DNA from: Geobacter metallireducens GS-15
GTDB taxonomy: Bacteria; Desulfobacterota; Desulfuromonadia; Geobacterales; Geobacteraceae
Length of the DNA stretch: 32,000 nucleotides
Assembly: GCF_000012925.1 (NCBI RefSeq)
Contig: NC_007517.1
Span: 420,001-452,000 of the forward strand
Direction of reading: 5' to 3'
The position numbers and the translations under genes were made by a program. How positions within the stretch are numbered: the stretch's first letter is position 1; each line of letters opens with the position of its first letter. The notes beneath the pieces were generated by a model. The model had not been told where the DNA came from, ran no database searches, and saw only the letters and a program-made list of their open reading frames with translations. Positions 1 to 8,433 of the stretch are shown here, in pieces.

Positions 1-571
1 AGGCGAAGAGGGTGAGGGTGCTTGCGTGGGTTGCCACGAGATAGATGAGGGATGCGTCTCGAACCTCCTGCTCCAGATCGTCGGTGGCGAGGGCAAAGTA
101 GGCGGAAAGGGCCATGATCTCCCAGAAGATGAGAAAAAGGACTCCGTTCCGGGCCAGGGGGACCAATGCCAGGGAAGCGGCGAGGACGCCGAAGAAAAAG
201 GTGAGCCGCGGTGCCGTGCGGGGGTGGTGGCTGGCGGGCCAGTAGCCGATGCCGTACACGGCGCAGCAGGCGCTGACGATGAAGACGGGGAGGAGGAAGA
301 AGGCGGAGAGCGGGTCGATGCCGGCCTCAAGGGGGCCGAAGGGAAGCGAGCTTACGAGGGTGTAGGAGACGGTCCGTTCAGTAAAGAGCGTTGCCAGGGC
401 ACCGATGATTCCCAGGATGGAGCCGAGAACGACGGTGAGAGAGGCGCATTTCTGCCCCCAGTCCAGCTTCTTGGGGAGAAAAAGGCCCGGAATGCCCGAC
501 GCGCCGATCAGGAGCGCGCCGGCTATGACCAGGCTGACAGGATTGTCAGGCCCTGCCGTTGATGCTTCCAT
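1..571 (-). CDS. Proton-conducting membrane transporter subunit, NuoL/HyfB/MnhD family (N-terminal ~190 aa; gene continues past the window start)
   Basis: Not in the ORF track because it has no stop in the window. Reading the reverse complement from ATG (571-569) gives MEASTAGPDNPVSLVIAGALLIGASGIPGLF...GVLFLIFWEIMALSAYFALATDDLEQE... It has consecutive hydrophobic helices and the WEhMxLxSYxL motif typical of this family. GGAGAC Shine-Dalgarno (complement of 577-582) lies 5 nt upstream. The + strand ORF 26..562 is its antisense shadow. Confidence 0.6.
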   Translation of the reverse strand, partial: MEASTAGPDNPVSLVIAGALLIGASGIPGLFLPKKLDWGQKCASLTVVLGSILGIIGALATLFTERTVSYTLVSSLPFGPLEAGIDPLSAFFLLPVFIVSACCAVYGIGYWPASHHPRTAPRLTFFFGVLAASLALVPLARNGVLFLIFWEIMALSAYFALATDDLEQEVRDASLIYLVATHASTLTLFA

Positions 572-657
572 GGATGGTCTCCGGGAGAGGCAGAAGCGCT
601 GTGTGTGGTCGCAGCACTCGCGGTGTGACGCCATTTTACTGGTGCGTACCTTTGCGG

Positions 658-686
658 ACTATACGTCCTTAGGGAAAATGCGTCAA
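658..686 (-). promoter_or_regulatory. Sigma70-type promoter for the minus-strand membrane-subunit gene
   Basis: On the minus strand: TTGACG (686-681), exactly 17 nt spacer (680-664), TATAGT (663-658). This leaves a leader of about 80 nt before the ATG at 571. Confidence 0.55.
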
Positions 687-1097
687 TAGTCAAGTGGAGT
701 CTGCCGCTGACAATGGTGGCGCGCAATGGCGGGTGAGACAAGGTTTTGCTTAACGGGTTTCGTTGAGATGGATTTGCGATAATTCCTGTTGACAAGAGGG
801 GAGGAATCGGATTACTTATAGATCTGTACGACCTCATATTTGTCCATTGGAAATACCCCCGGCGTTCTTTCATTCCTTTACAAATCAGGCGCTCCACTCA
901 AAACCATAATCAACGTGCGTCGCTACGCCTATTCGGAAAAGTTACGACATTCGATTACATAAGAGCACAGATTCCACGTATCCACAAACAGGTGCGTTTC
1001 CCGCTTTCGTTACGTTCAGTTATCCGATGAATGACCCCGACAATGAGCCCGCCATCATTCAGCAACTATCCCGTTGCGCCCGTCCACAGGAGAACCG

Positions 1098-2345
1098 ATG
1101 AATCTTCAGGAGCTTAAAGGCAAAAAAATCAATGAGCTTGCGGCAATCGCCAAGGGCCTCAACATCGAGGGTGCCTCAAGCCTGCGCAAGCAGGATCTGA
1201 TTTTTGCCATCCTCAACGCCCAGACCGAGAAAAACGGTATGATCTTCGGCGAGGGGGTCCTGGAATGTCTTCCCGACGGCTTCGGCTTTCTCCGGGCGCC
1301 GGACTACAACTATCTGCCGGGGCCTGACGATATCTATGTTTCTCCTTCTCAGATTCGCCGGTTCAACCTCCATACCGGCGACACCGTTTCCGGCCAGATC
1401 CGCCCCCCCAAGGAGGGGGAGCGCTACTTTGCCCTCCTCAAGGTGGAGACGGTCAACTTCGAGCCACCCGAGGTGGCCCGGGATAAGATCCTCTTCGATA
1501 ACCTCACTCCCCTTTATCCCGACGAAAAGCTGAAGCTGGAGACCGCGCCGGATAATATGCCGATGCGGGTCCTGGAGCTCGTCTCTCCTATCGGCAAGGG
1601 GCAACGGGGCCTCATTGTGGCGCCGCCCCGCACCGGCAAGACGATGCTCATCCAGAACATCGCCAACTCCATTGCGGAGAACCATCCCGAGGTCTACCTG
1701 ATCGTCCTTCTCATCGACGAGCGCCCCGAAGAGGTTACCGACATGCAGCGCTCGGTCCGGGGGGAGGTGGTTTCCTCCACCTTCGACGAGCCCGCCACCC
1801 GCCACGTGCAGGTAGCCGAGATGGTCATCGAGAAGGCGAAGCGCCTCGTGGAGCACAAGCGGGACGTGGTGATTCTCCTCGACTCCATCACCCGCCTCGC
1901 CCGGGCCTATAACACGGTGCTCCCCCCCTCCGGCAAGATCCTCACCGGCGGCGTGGACGCCAACGCTCTCCAGAAGCCGAAGCGCTTCTTCGGCGCGGCC
2001 CGCAATATCGAGGAGGGAGGTTCCCTCACCATCATTGCCTCGGCCCTAGTGGACACCGGGAGCAAGATGGATGAAGTCATCTTTGAGGAGTTCAAGGGGA
2101 CCGGCAACATGGAAGTCCACCTGGACCGCAAGCTCGTGGAGAAGCGGACCTTTCCGGCTATTGACATCAACAAATCGGGGACCCGCAAGGAGGAGCTTCT
2201 TGTGGAAAAGGGCTCCCTCAACCGCACCTGGATTCTCCGCAAGGTCCTCCATCCCATGAACGTGGTGGACAGCATGGAGTTCCTCCTGGAGAAGCTTTCC
2301 GAGACCAAGAGCAACCAGGAATTTCTCGATTCCATGAGCAGGTAG
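1098..2345 (+). CDS. rho: Transcription termination factor Rho
   Basis: [39 protein letters not shown] (N-terminal Rho motif), RNA-binding domain, Walker A PPRTGKT and a C-terminal ATPase. I place the start at ATG 1098, with AGGAGA at 1088-1093. The track start at 1074 is an in-frame TTG with no SD. Length 415 aa versus about 419 aa in E. coli. Confidence 0.96.
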   Translation: MNLQELKGKKINELAAIAKGLNIEGASSLRKQDLIFAILNAQTEKNGMIFGEGVLECLPDGFGFLRAPDYNYLPGPDDIYVSPSQIRRFNLHTGDTVSGQIRPPKEGERYFALLKVETVNFEPPEVARDKILFDNLTPLYPDEKLKLETAPDNMPMRVLELVSPIGKGQRGLIVAPPRTGKTMLIQNIANSIAENHPEVYLIVLLIDERPEEVTDMQRSVRGEVVSSTFDEPATRHVQVAEMVIEKAKRLVEHKRDVVILLDSITRLARAYNTVLPPSGKILTGGVDANALQKPKRFFGAARNIEEGGSLTIIASALVDTGSKMDEVIFEEFKGTGNMEVHLDRKLVEKRTFPAIDINKSGTRKEELLVEKGSLNRTWILRKVLHPMNVVDSMEFLLEKLSETKSNQEFLDSMSR

Positions 2346-2468
2346 GCGTCCCGTCTCCCTCTGCGGGGTGGCGGAAAAAAGTCTTGAAAAAAAATAGCCC
2401 GTTTGTTAACGTTTTAACTTTCCGACAGATCACATGGCACCGGGGCAAAGGCCCCCAAGGAGGACGAT

Positions 2469-2669
2469 ATGAAAGAAGGGATTCATCCCAAGTACAACGA
2501 GGTTACCGTGAAGTGCGCCTGCGGCAACAGCTTCCAGACCCGTTCCACCAGAACCGAGATCTCCACCGAAATCTGCTCTGCCTGCCATCCGTTCTTCACC
2601 GGCAAGCAGAAGCTCGTGGACACCGCCGGCCGCGTCGAGCGCTTCCGGAAAAAGTACGGCATGCAGTAA
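2469..2669 (+). CDS. rpmE: 50S ribosomal protein L31 (type A, Zn-ribbon form)
   Basis: [22 protein letters not shown]...[15 protein letters not shown] is near-identical in pattern to the Bacillus/E. coli L31. Both Cys pairs (CxC and CxxC) are present. GGAGGA SD upstream. Confidence 0.97.
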   Translation: MKEGIHPKYNEVTVKCACGNSFQTRSTRTEISTEICSACHPFFTGKQKLVDTAGRVERFRKKYGMQ

Positions 2670-2700
2670 CAGGCCCCCGGCCTTGCGGATTTGAGCGGAA

Positions 2701-2740
2701 GGGGATTTTGTCCATGGCGAAATCCCCTTATCTGTTTCTT
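2701..2740 (+). terminator. Rho-independent terminator after rpmE
   Basis: GGGGATTT (2701-2708) pairs perfectly with AAATCCCC (2720-2727) around an 11-nt loop. It is followed by the T-rich tail TTATCTGTTTCTT. Confidence 0.75.
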
Positions 2741-2777
2741 GAAGCGCTGTATCCAAATCGCCTCGTGAAGGGACTTC

Positions 2778-3473
2778 ATGAAGGTTACCCTACTCCAGCA
2801 CACCCCTGATCCCGAAATGGCCGTTGCCCTCGCCGCGCGGCTCTGCTACTCCCCCATCGGCATTGATGAGCTGAAGGAGCGTCTGTCGCGTTCCGACATT
2901 TCCGCGTTTCTCGACAAGATCATGTCGCTGGGGCACCAGTCGGTGCTGGAGCATGCCTCCTTCACCTTCGGCATCGAGGGGATATCGCGGGCCACGAGCC
3001 ATCAGCTCGTCCGGCATCGGATCGCCTCCTACTCCCAGCAGTCCCAGCGCTACGTGACCCATACGGAGCAATTCTCTGCCGTGATTCCCCCCTCCATCGC
3101 GGGGCGTCCCGATCTTGCTGCCCGCTTCAGATCGCAGCTGAAGGCGCTCCACGATACCTATGCCGAACTCTTCGAGGCCGGCATCCCGGCCGAGGACGCC
3201 CGCTACATCCTCCCCAACGCCGCGGAGACGAAGATCATCATGACCATGAACGCCCGGGAACTTCTCCACTTCTTCGGCCTGCGCTGCTGCGAGCGGGCCC
3301 AGTGGGAGATCCGGGCCATGGCCGTGGAGATGCTGCGGCTTGTGAAGGGGGTTGCCCCCACCATCTTCCGGGATGCCGGACCCGGCTGCGTTGCCGGCCC
3401 CTGTCCGGAAGGGACCATGACCTGCGGTAAGATCGTCGAGGTCAGGAAGAGATTCAAGGAGATGTACGTATGA
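2778..3473 (+). CDS. thyX: FAD-dependent thymidylate synthase ThyX
   Basis: ThyX signature RHRIASYSQQSQRY (RHRxxSxxxxSxR) is present. Typical length 231 aa. Confidence 0.93.
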   Translation: MKVTLLQHTPDPEMAVALAARLCYSPIGIDELKERLSRSDISAFLDKIMSLGHQSVLEHASFTFGIEGISRATSHQLVRHRIASYSQQSQRYVTHTEQFSAVIPPSIAGRPDLAARFRSQLKALHDTYAELFEAGIPAEDARYILPNAAETKIIMTMNARELLHFFGLRCCERAQWEIRAMAVEMLRLVKGVAPTIFRDAGPGCVAGPCPEGTMTCGKIVEVRKRFKEMYV

Positions 3474-4420
3474 CGAGGTGGTTCCGGTTGCTGCTGGTGC
3501 AGTTGCTCATCCTTGCGGAGCGGATCAATGTAGGTGGGCAGGCTGTTCTCGAAGGGGTCATGATGCGAGCGCCCCGTTCCATGGCCATCGCGGTCCGGCG
3601 CCCTTCGGGCGAGATAGCCGTCAAGCGGGAGGAGGTCCCCCCACTCTCGGAGCGCTTTCCCATTGTGAAGCTCCCGATCCTCCGGGGAGCGGTTGCCCTC
3701 TTTTCCTCTCTCATTATAGGACTCAAGGCACTCAACTTTTCCGCCAACGAGGCGCTGGCCGAAGAGGAAGAGAAGGAGGAACTCTCCTCCTGGGCCATGG
3801 GTGGGACCATGGCCGTTGCCCTCGGGTTCGGCGTCCTCCTCTTTTTTGTCCTTCCCCTTTACCTTACCAAACTCCTCGTCCCGGTTATCGGCCAGTCCAA
3901 CATCATGTTCAACCTGGTGGACGGCATCATCCGCGTGGCGGTTTTTCTCCTCTATATCGTATCCATTTCCCGCATGAAGGACATTCAGCGGGTTTTTGAG
4001 TACCACGGCGCCGAGCACAAAACCATCTTTGCCTTCGAAGCAGGAGAGGAGCTTTCGGCCGCCACGGTCCAGAAGTACAGCCGCCTCCATCCCCGTTGCG
4101 GCACGAGCTTTCTCCTCATTGTCATGCTGGTGAGTATCGTCATCTTCTCGCTCATTCCCAAGCTCTGGCCCTTCTGGATGAAGGCCGGGGCCCGGGTGGC
4201 GCTCCTGCCGGTCATCGCCGGGGTTTCCTACGAGTTCCTCAAGTGGAGCGCCAAGAACGACCGACACCCCCTGGTGCGGCTCATCATCGCCCCCGGCCTG
4301 GCGCTCCAGCGGCTCACCACCCGGGAGCCCGACGACAGCCAGGTGGAGGTGGCGATTCGCTCCATGACCGAGGCCCTGGAAGAGAATGGCGGCTACAAGG
4401 ACGACCGGCTGGTGGTGTGA
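3470..4420 (+). CDS. DUF1385 domain-containing membrane protein (YqhQ-like, function unknown)
   Basis: INVGGQAVLEGVMMRAP near the N-terminus, EYHGAEHKTI and HPRCGTSFLL motifs, and several TM helices. The ATG (3470) overlaps the thyX stop (ATGA). Position directly upstream of prfA-prmC is typical for this family. Confidence 0.8.
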   Translation: MTRWFRLLLVQLLILAERINVGGQAVLEGVMMRAPRSMAIAVRRPSGEIAVKREEVPPLSERFPIVKLPILRGAVALFSSLIIGLKALNFSANEALAEEEEKEELSSWAMGGTMAVALGFGVLLFFVLPLYLTKLLVPVIGQSNIMFNLVDGIIRVAVFLLYIVSISRMKDIQRVFEYHGAEHKTIFAFEAGEELSAATVQKYSRLHPRCGTSFLLIVMLVSIVIFSLIPKLWPFWMKAGARVALLPVIAGVSYEFLKWSAKNDRHPLVRLIIAPGLALQRLTTREPDDSQVEVAIRSMTEALEENGGYKDDRLVV

Positions 4421-4462
4421 TGTCCCGCCGGCCCTGATTTTCGTTTCTGAAGGATTGCGTTG

Positions 4463-5530
4463 ATGTTCGACAAGATAGAAGAACTTGAAATCCGGTACCA
4501 GGAGCTGGAATCGCTCCTGGCCGTCCCGACGGTGATCGCCAATCAGCCCGAGTTCCGTAAACTCTCCCGGGAGCACAACGACCTGACGGGCTTGGTCGAG
4601 GCCTATCGCCGCTACAAGAAGGTCCTTGCCGAGATCGAGGGGAACCGGGAACTTCTGGCCGATCCGGAGATGAAGGAGATGGCCGAGGCTGAGCTGGAGG
4701 ATCTGGAGCGGCAACAAGAGGAACTGGAGGGGGAGATCAAGCTGCTCCTTTTGCCGAAGGATCCCAATGACGACCGCAACGTCATCCTGGAGATCCGCGC
4801 CGGCACCGGCGGCGACGAGTCCGCCCTCTTTGCCGGTGACCTCTTCCGGATGTACTCCCGCTTTGCCGAGCGCAACCGTTGGAAGGTGGAGGTCATGTCC
4901 GCCTCCGAGTCGGAACGGGGGGGCTTCAAGGAGGTCGTGGCCCTTATTGAAGGGCAGGCGGTCTTTGCCAAGCTCAAGTACGAGTCGGGGACCCATCGGG
5001 TACAGCGGGTGCCGGAGACCGAGGCCCAGGGACGGATCCACACCAGTGCCTGCACCGTTGCGGTCCTCCCCGAGGCCGAGGATATCGAGATTGACATCAA
5101 CCCGGTGGACCTCAAGATCGACGTCTACCGGGCCTCAGGGGCAGGCGGCCAGCACGTCAACAAGACCGAGTCGGCGGTCCGGATCACCCACCTTCCCACC
5201 GGCATCGTGGTGGAGTGCCAGGACGAACGGAGCCAGATCAAGAACCGGTCCAAGGCCATGAAGGTCCTCAAATCCAGGATTCTGGACGGCCTCCAGCAGG
5301 AGCAGAACGCCCGCATCGCCGCCGACCGCAAGCAGCAGGTGGGAAGCGGTGACCGGAGCGAGCGGATCCGCACCTACAACTTCCCCCAGGGGCGCATGAC
5401 CGACCACCGGATCGGCCTCACCCTCTACCGTCTCGATGCCCTCATGGAGGGGGACATTGCCGAGGTGGTGGATTCGCTTCGGGCCCATTACCAGATGGAG
5501 GCCCTCAAGGCCCAGGCCGAAGCAGCCTGA
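4463..5530 (+). CDS. prfA: Peptide chain release factor 1
   Basis: GGQ motif ([13 protein letters not shown]) and the RF1-type tripeptide region [17 protein letters not shown]. Start moved to ATG 4463 (MFDKIEELE), one codon after the TTG used by the track. GAAGGA SD at 4449-4454. Confidence 0.96.
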   Translation: MFDKIEELEIRYQELESLLAVPTVIANQPEFRKLSREHNDLTGLVEAYRRYKKVLAEIEGNRELLADPEMKEMAEAELEDLERQQEELEGEIKLLLLPKDPNDDRNVILEIRAGTGGDESALFAGDLFRMYSRFAERNRWKVEVMSASESERGGFKEVVALIEGQAVFAKLKYESGTHRVQRVPETEAQGRIHTSACTVAVLPEAEDIEIDINPVDLKIDVYRASGAGGQHVNKTESAVRITHLPTGIVVECQDERSQIKNRSKAMKVLKSRILDGLQQEQNARIAADRKQQVGSGDRSERIRTYNFPQGRMTDHRIGLTLYRLDALMEGDIAEVVDSLRAHYQMEALKAQAEAA

Positions 5531-5556
5531 TCCGCACGGACGGCGGAGGCGGCACA

Positions 5557-6411
5557 ATGACTGAAAAGCCTGAGACCTGGACTATTCGCAGGGTTCTTGA
5601 CTGGACCAAAGGATACCTGGCGGAGAAAGGCGTTGAGAACGCCCGTCTGGAGACAGAGTGGCTTCTTTCCGCGGCTCTGGGTCTCGACCGGGTGGGACTC
5701 TATGTTAACTTCGACAAGCCCTTGAACGCCGAAGAACTGTCGGCGGTCCGGGGACTCGTGGCGCGACGGGCCAAGCGGGAACCACTCCAGTACGTCCTCG
5801 GTACCCAGGAGTTCTGCGGCCTCGACTTCGCCGTGACGCCGGCGGTGCTCATCCCCCGGCACGACACCGAGGTGCTCGTGGAGGAGGCGCTCCGCCGTGC
5901 CCCCCACGCCGCCACGGTCCTCGACATCGGCGTCGGGAGCGGCTGCATCGCCGTGGCTCTGGCAAAGAACCTTCCCGATGCCCAGGTGTGGGGGGTGGAG
6001 CAGTCCGCCGGAGCCATCACCCTGGCCCGGCAAAACGTTGAGCGCCACGGCGTCCGGGTGATCCTTTGCGCAGGGTCCCTCTTCGAGCCCTTCGCAGACC
6101 AGCGGTTCGACCTGATCGTCTCCAATCCCCCCTACATCCCCACTGCCGACCTGGATACGCTCCAGCCGGAGGTGCGGGAGTACGAGCCCCGCGCGGCTCT
6201 TGACGGTGGCGCCGACGGTCTCGATTTCTACCGGATCATCGTCCCGGCCGCTTTGGAGCATTTGAACGCGGGCGGGTGGCTCATGGTCGAACTGGGTATC
6301 GGCCAGGCAGAGGCGGTGCTCGGGATGTTTAAGCAGGCCGGTTTCACCGGCTGCTTTACGGCCAAGGATCTCAACGGCATCGACCGGGTGGTCGGCGGAC
6401 GGATTCCGTAG
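5557..6411 (+). CDS. prmC: Release factor glutamine N5-methyltransferase PrmC (HemK)
   Basis: SAM motif VLDIGVGSGCIAV and catalytic NPPY (IVSNPPYIP). Classical position after prfA. GGAGG SD at 5545-5549. Confidence 0.93.
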   Translation: MTEKPETWTIRRVLDWTKGYLAEKGVENARLETEWLLSAALGLDRVGLYVNFDKPLNAEELSAVRGLVARRAKREPLQYVLGTQEFCGLDFAVTPAVLIPRHDTEVLVEEALRRAPHAATVLDIGVGSGCIAVALAKNLPDAQVWGVEQSAGAITLARQNVERHGVRVILCAGSLFEPFADQRFDLIVSNPPYIPTADLDTLQPEVREYEPRAALDGGADGLDFYRIIVPAALEHLNAGGWLMVELGIGQAEAVLGMFKQAGFTGCFTAKDLNGIDRVVGGRIP

Positions 6412-6477
6412 TGGCGTGATTCATCACGTCCCGGGTGCAACGAATTGCACCCCCACATCAATTTCAGAGGCATTCCA

Positions 6478-7731
6478 TTGGACAAGCTGATAATCAAAGG
6501 GGGAAAGAAACTGACCGGTGACGTATCGGTCAGCGGCTCCAAGAACGCGGCCCTCCCCGTCTTCATTTCCACCATCCTCGCCCCCGGACTCAACGAAATC
6601 CGCAATGTCCCGTTCCTGCGCGATATCAACACCACCATCAAGGTCCTGGAATCCCTGGGCGCCGTGGTGGAGGGAAACGGCAACATCGTCAAAATCGACA
6701 CGACCCACGTGAACGACGTGGAGGCCACCTACGATCTGGTAAAGACCATGCGGGCCTCGGTCCTGGTCCTGGGGCCGCTTTTGGCGCGCCACGGCCGAGC
6801 ACGGGTCTCCCTCCCCGGCGGCTGCGCCATCGGTGCCCGCCCCATCAACCTCCACCTTAAGGGGCTCGCGGCCCTGGGTGCCGACATCCGGCTGGAGCAC
6901 GGCTACGTGGAGGCCAAGGCGAAAAAGCTGAAAGGGGCGAGGATCAACTTCGACATCGCCACCGTGGGGGGTACCGAGCAGCTTATGATGGCGGCTGCCC
7001 TGGCCAAGGGTGAGACGATTCTGGAGAACGCTGCCCGGGAGCCGGAGATCATCGACCTGGCCGACATCCTGAACAGGATGGGGGCCAGGATCGACGGGGC
7101 CGGCACCGACACCATCCGGATCATCGGGGTGAAGGAGCTGGCGCCGGTCGTCCACGACGTCATGCCCGACCGGATCGAGGCCGGCACCTTCATGGTGGCG
7201 GCGGCCATTACCGGCGGCGACATCAAGATTCACAACATGAAGCTGGAGCACCTGGACGCCCTCGTCTTCAAGCTCCAGGATGCCGGCGTGGAGATCATCA
7301 ACCGTGACAACGTGGTGCGGGTCAAGGGTCCCCGGCGCCCCAGGGCCATCAACATCAAGACCCGTCCCTATCCCGGCTTCCCCACCGACATGCAGGCCCA
7401 GTTCATGGCCCTCATGTGCGTGGCCGACGGGGCGAGCGTCATCAGCGAGAACATCTTCGAGAACCGCTTCATGCACGTTTCGGAGTTGCTGCGCTTCGGG
7501 GCCGACATAACCATTGAGGGGAACACCGCCACCGTGAAGGGGGTGAAGAAGCTCTCCGGCGCGCCGGTCATGGCCACGGATCTGCGGGCCTCGGCCTCGC
7601 TGATCCTGGCCGGGCTTGCTGCCGACAACACCACGGAGATCTCCCGTATCTACCACCTGGACCGGGGGTATGATTCCATCGAGAAGAAGCTGGCCGGCCT
7701 CGGGGCCGACATCAAACGTGTAAAGGAGTGA
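6478..7731 (+). CDS. murA: UDP-N-acetylglucosamine 1-carboxyvinyltransferase
   Basis: (M)[26 protein letters not shown] aligns with the E. coli MurA N-terminus [27 protein letters not shown]. Active-site loop [12 protein letters not shown] prefer TTG 6478 (AGAGG 7 nt upstream, 417 aa) over the track's TTG 6445, so the start is somewhat uncertain. Confidence 0.93.
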   Translation: MDKLIIKGGKKLTGDVSVSGSKNAALPVFISTILAPGLNEIRNVPFLRDINTTIKVLESLGAVVEGNGNIVKIDTTHVNDVEATYDLVKTMRASVLVLGPLLARHGRARVSLPGGCAIGARPINLHLKGLAALGADIRLEHGYVEAKAKKLKGARINFDIATVGGTEQLMMAAALAKGETILENAAREPEIIDLADILNRMGARIDGAGTDTIRIIGVKELAPVVHDVMPDRIEAGTFMVAAAITGGDIKIHNMKLEHLDALVFKLQDAGVEIINRDNVVRVKGPRRPRAINIKTRPYPGFPTDMQAQFMALMCVADGASVISENIFENRFMHVSELLRFGADITIEGNTATVKGVKKLSGAPVMATDLRASASLILAGLAADNTTEISRIYHLDRGYDSIEKKLAGLGADIKRVKE

Positions 7732-7759
7732 GCCGGCGGCGGGAGCGGGTGCCATTGTT

Positions 7760-7787
7760 GGTCCCCGGTCCCTGGTCCCCGGTCCCT
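7760..7787 (+). repeat. Tandem heptamer repeat GGTCCCC/GGTCCCT x4 (= 14-mer x2) in the murA-hisG spacer
   Basis: Read directly: GGTCCCC (7760-7766), GGTCCCT (7767-7773), GGTCCCC (7774-7780), GGTCCCT (7781-7787). It ends 7 nt before the hisG ATG. Confidence 0.85.
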
Positions 7788-7794
7788 TAGTTTT

Positions 7795-8433
7795 ATGAGC
7801 GACTTTCTTACCATCGCCATCCCCAAGGGGCGGATTCTCGAAGAGTCCGTTGCCCTGTTCGGCAAGATCGGAATCCACTGCGACGAGCTTCTCTCCAACA
7901 CCCGCAAGCTCATCTTCGAGAACCGCGAGCAGCGGATGCGGTACATGATTGTCCGGGCCACTGACGTCCCCACCTACGTGGAGTATGGTTGCGCCGATCT
8001 CGGTATCGTGGGGAAGGACACCCTCATGGAGCAGGAGAAGGACCTCTACGAGCCCCTGGACCTCAAGTTCGGTTACTGCCGGATGATGGTGGCGGAGCCA
8101 GCGGGGCTTGCCAGGGACGACGACCCCTCCAGTTGGAGCAACATCCGGATCGCCACCAAGTACCCCAACGTGACCGAGAAGTACTTCGCCAAAAAGGGGG
8201 TGCAGGTGGAGATCATCAAGCTCTACGGCTCCATCGAGTTGGCGCCGCTGGTGGGGCTCTCCGAGCGGATCGTGGACTTAGTCTCCACCGGCGAGACCCT
8301 GCGGCAGAACGGCCTCGTGGAGGTGGAGACCATCGCCGAGATCACCACGCGCCTCATCGTCAACCGGGCGAGCCTCAAGACCAAGCACCCCCGGATCACC
8401 GAGATCATCGAAGGGTTGGAGAAGCACGTATGA
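7795..8433 (+). CDS. hisG: ATP phosphoribosyltransferase, short form (HisG-S)
   Basis: MSDFLTIAIPKGRILEE...DLGIVGKDTL...LVSTGETLRQNGL. At 212 aa it lacks the C-terminal regulatory domain of long-form HisG. Confidence 0.93.
   Translation: MSDFLTIAIPKGRILEESVALFGKIGIHCDELLSNTRKLIFENREQRMRYMIVRATDVPTYVEYGCADLGIVGKDTLMEQEKDLYEPLDLKFGYCRMMVAEPAGLARDDDPSSWSNIRIATKYPNVTEKYFAKKGVQVEIIKLYGSIELAPLVGLSERIVDLVSTGETLRQNGLVEVETIAEITTRLIVNRASLKTKHPRITEIIEGLEKHV

Noticed and set aside
26-562. Track ORF on the + strand (178 aa, Gly/Glu/Asp-rich).
   Set aside because: It is the antisense shadow of the minus-strand NuoL/HyfB-like membrane gene (1..571). That gene has a proper ATG and SD, and its hydrophobic sequence carries a family motif.
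523-897. 124-aa minus-strand ORF spanning the divergent intergenic region.
   Set aside because: It overlaps the real start and promoter of the membrane gene. The sequence is low-complexity and unlike a protein, with no SD. The region is better explained as promoters and leaders.
572-1097. Riboswitch (for example a GEMM-type cyclic-dinucleotide element common in Geobacter) in the long divergent intergenic region.
   Set aside because: I could not recognise the conserved GEMM cores or any other riboswitch consensus on either strand by eye. A covariance-model scan (Rfam/Infernal) would be the decisive test.
2384-2419. Possible rpmE promoter (TTGAAA at 2384-2389).
   Set aside because: There is no acceptable -10 hexamer at a 16-18 nt spacing (TAACGT / TTTAAC only). 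rpmE may equally be co-transcribed with rho, since no terminator follows rho.
3203-5041. Very long antisense ORFs. This one is 612 aa; others are at 6424..7878, 8223..9533, 10073..11071, 10593..11423, 16046..16972, 17235..18618 and 28240..29088.
   Set aside because: Each lies opposite a confidently identified housekeeping gene. Their translations are Gly/Arg/Pro/Asp-rich, which is typical of stop-poor antisense frames in high-GC DNA. There is no independent start or SD support.
6433-6452. Perfect 8-bp hairpin GGGTGCAA-CGAA-TTGCACCC in the prmC-murA spacer.
   Set aside because: It has no T-tail, so it is not a terminator. It is short and isolated, it overlaps the alternative murA TTG, and I have no way to distinguish a stability element from chance.
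7989-8429. N-terminal extensions of track ORFs: hisD from 7989, hisC from 9332, hisB from 10782, hisH from 11326, hisF from 12758, hisE from 13231, nif3 from 21673, and the small hypothetical from 24473.
   Set aside because: The extensions run through the upstream gene (or through the tRNA and its terminator) in another frame and encode Arg/Pro-rich junk. In each case a canonical start aligns with the known family N-terminus, often as an ATGA overlap or behind a GGAGG-type SD.
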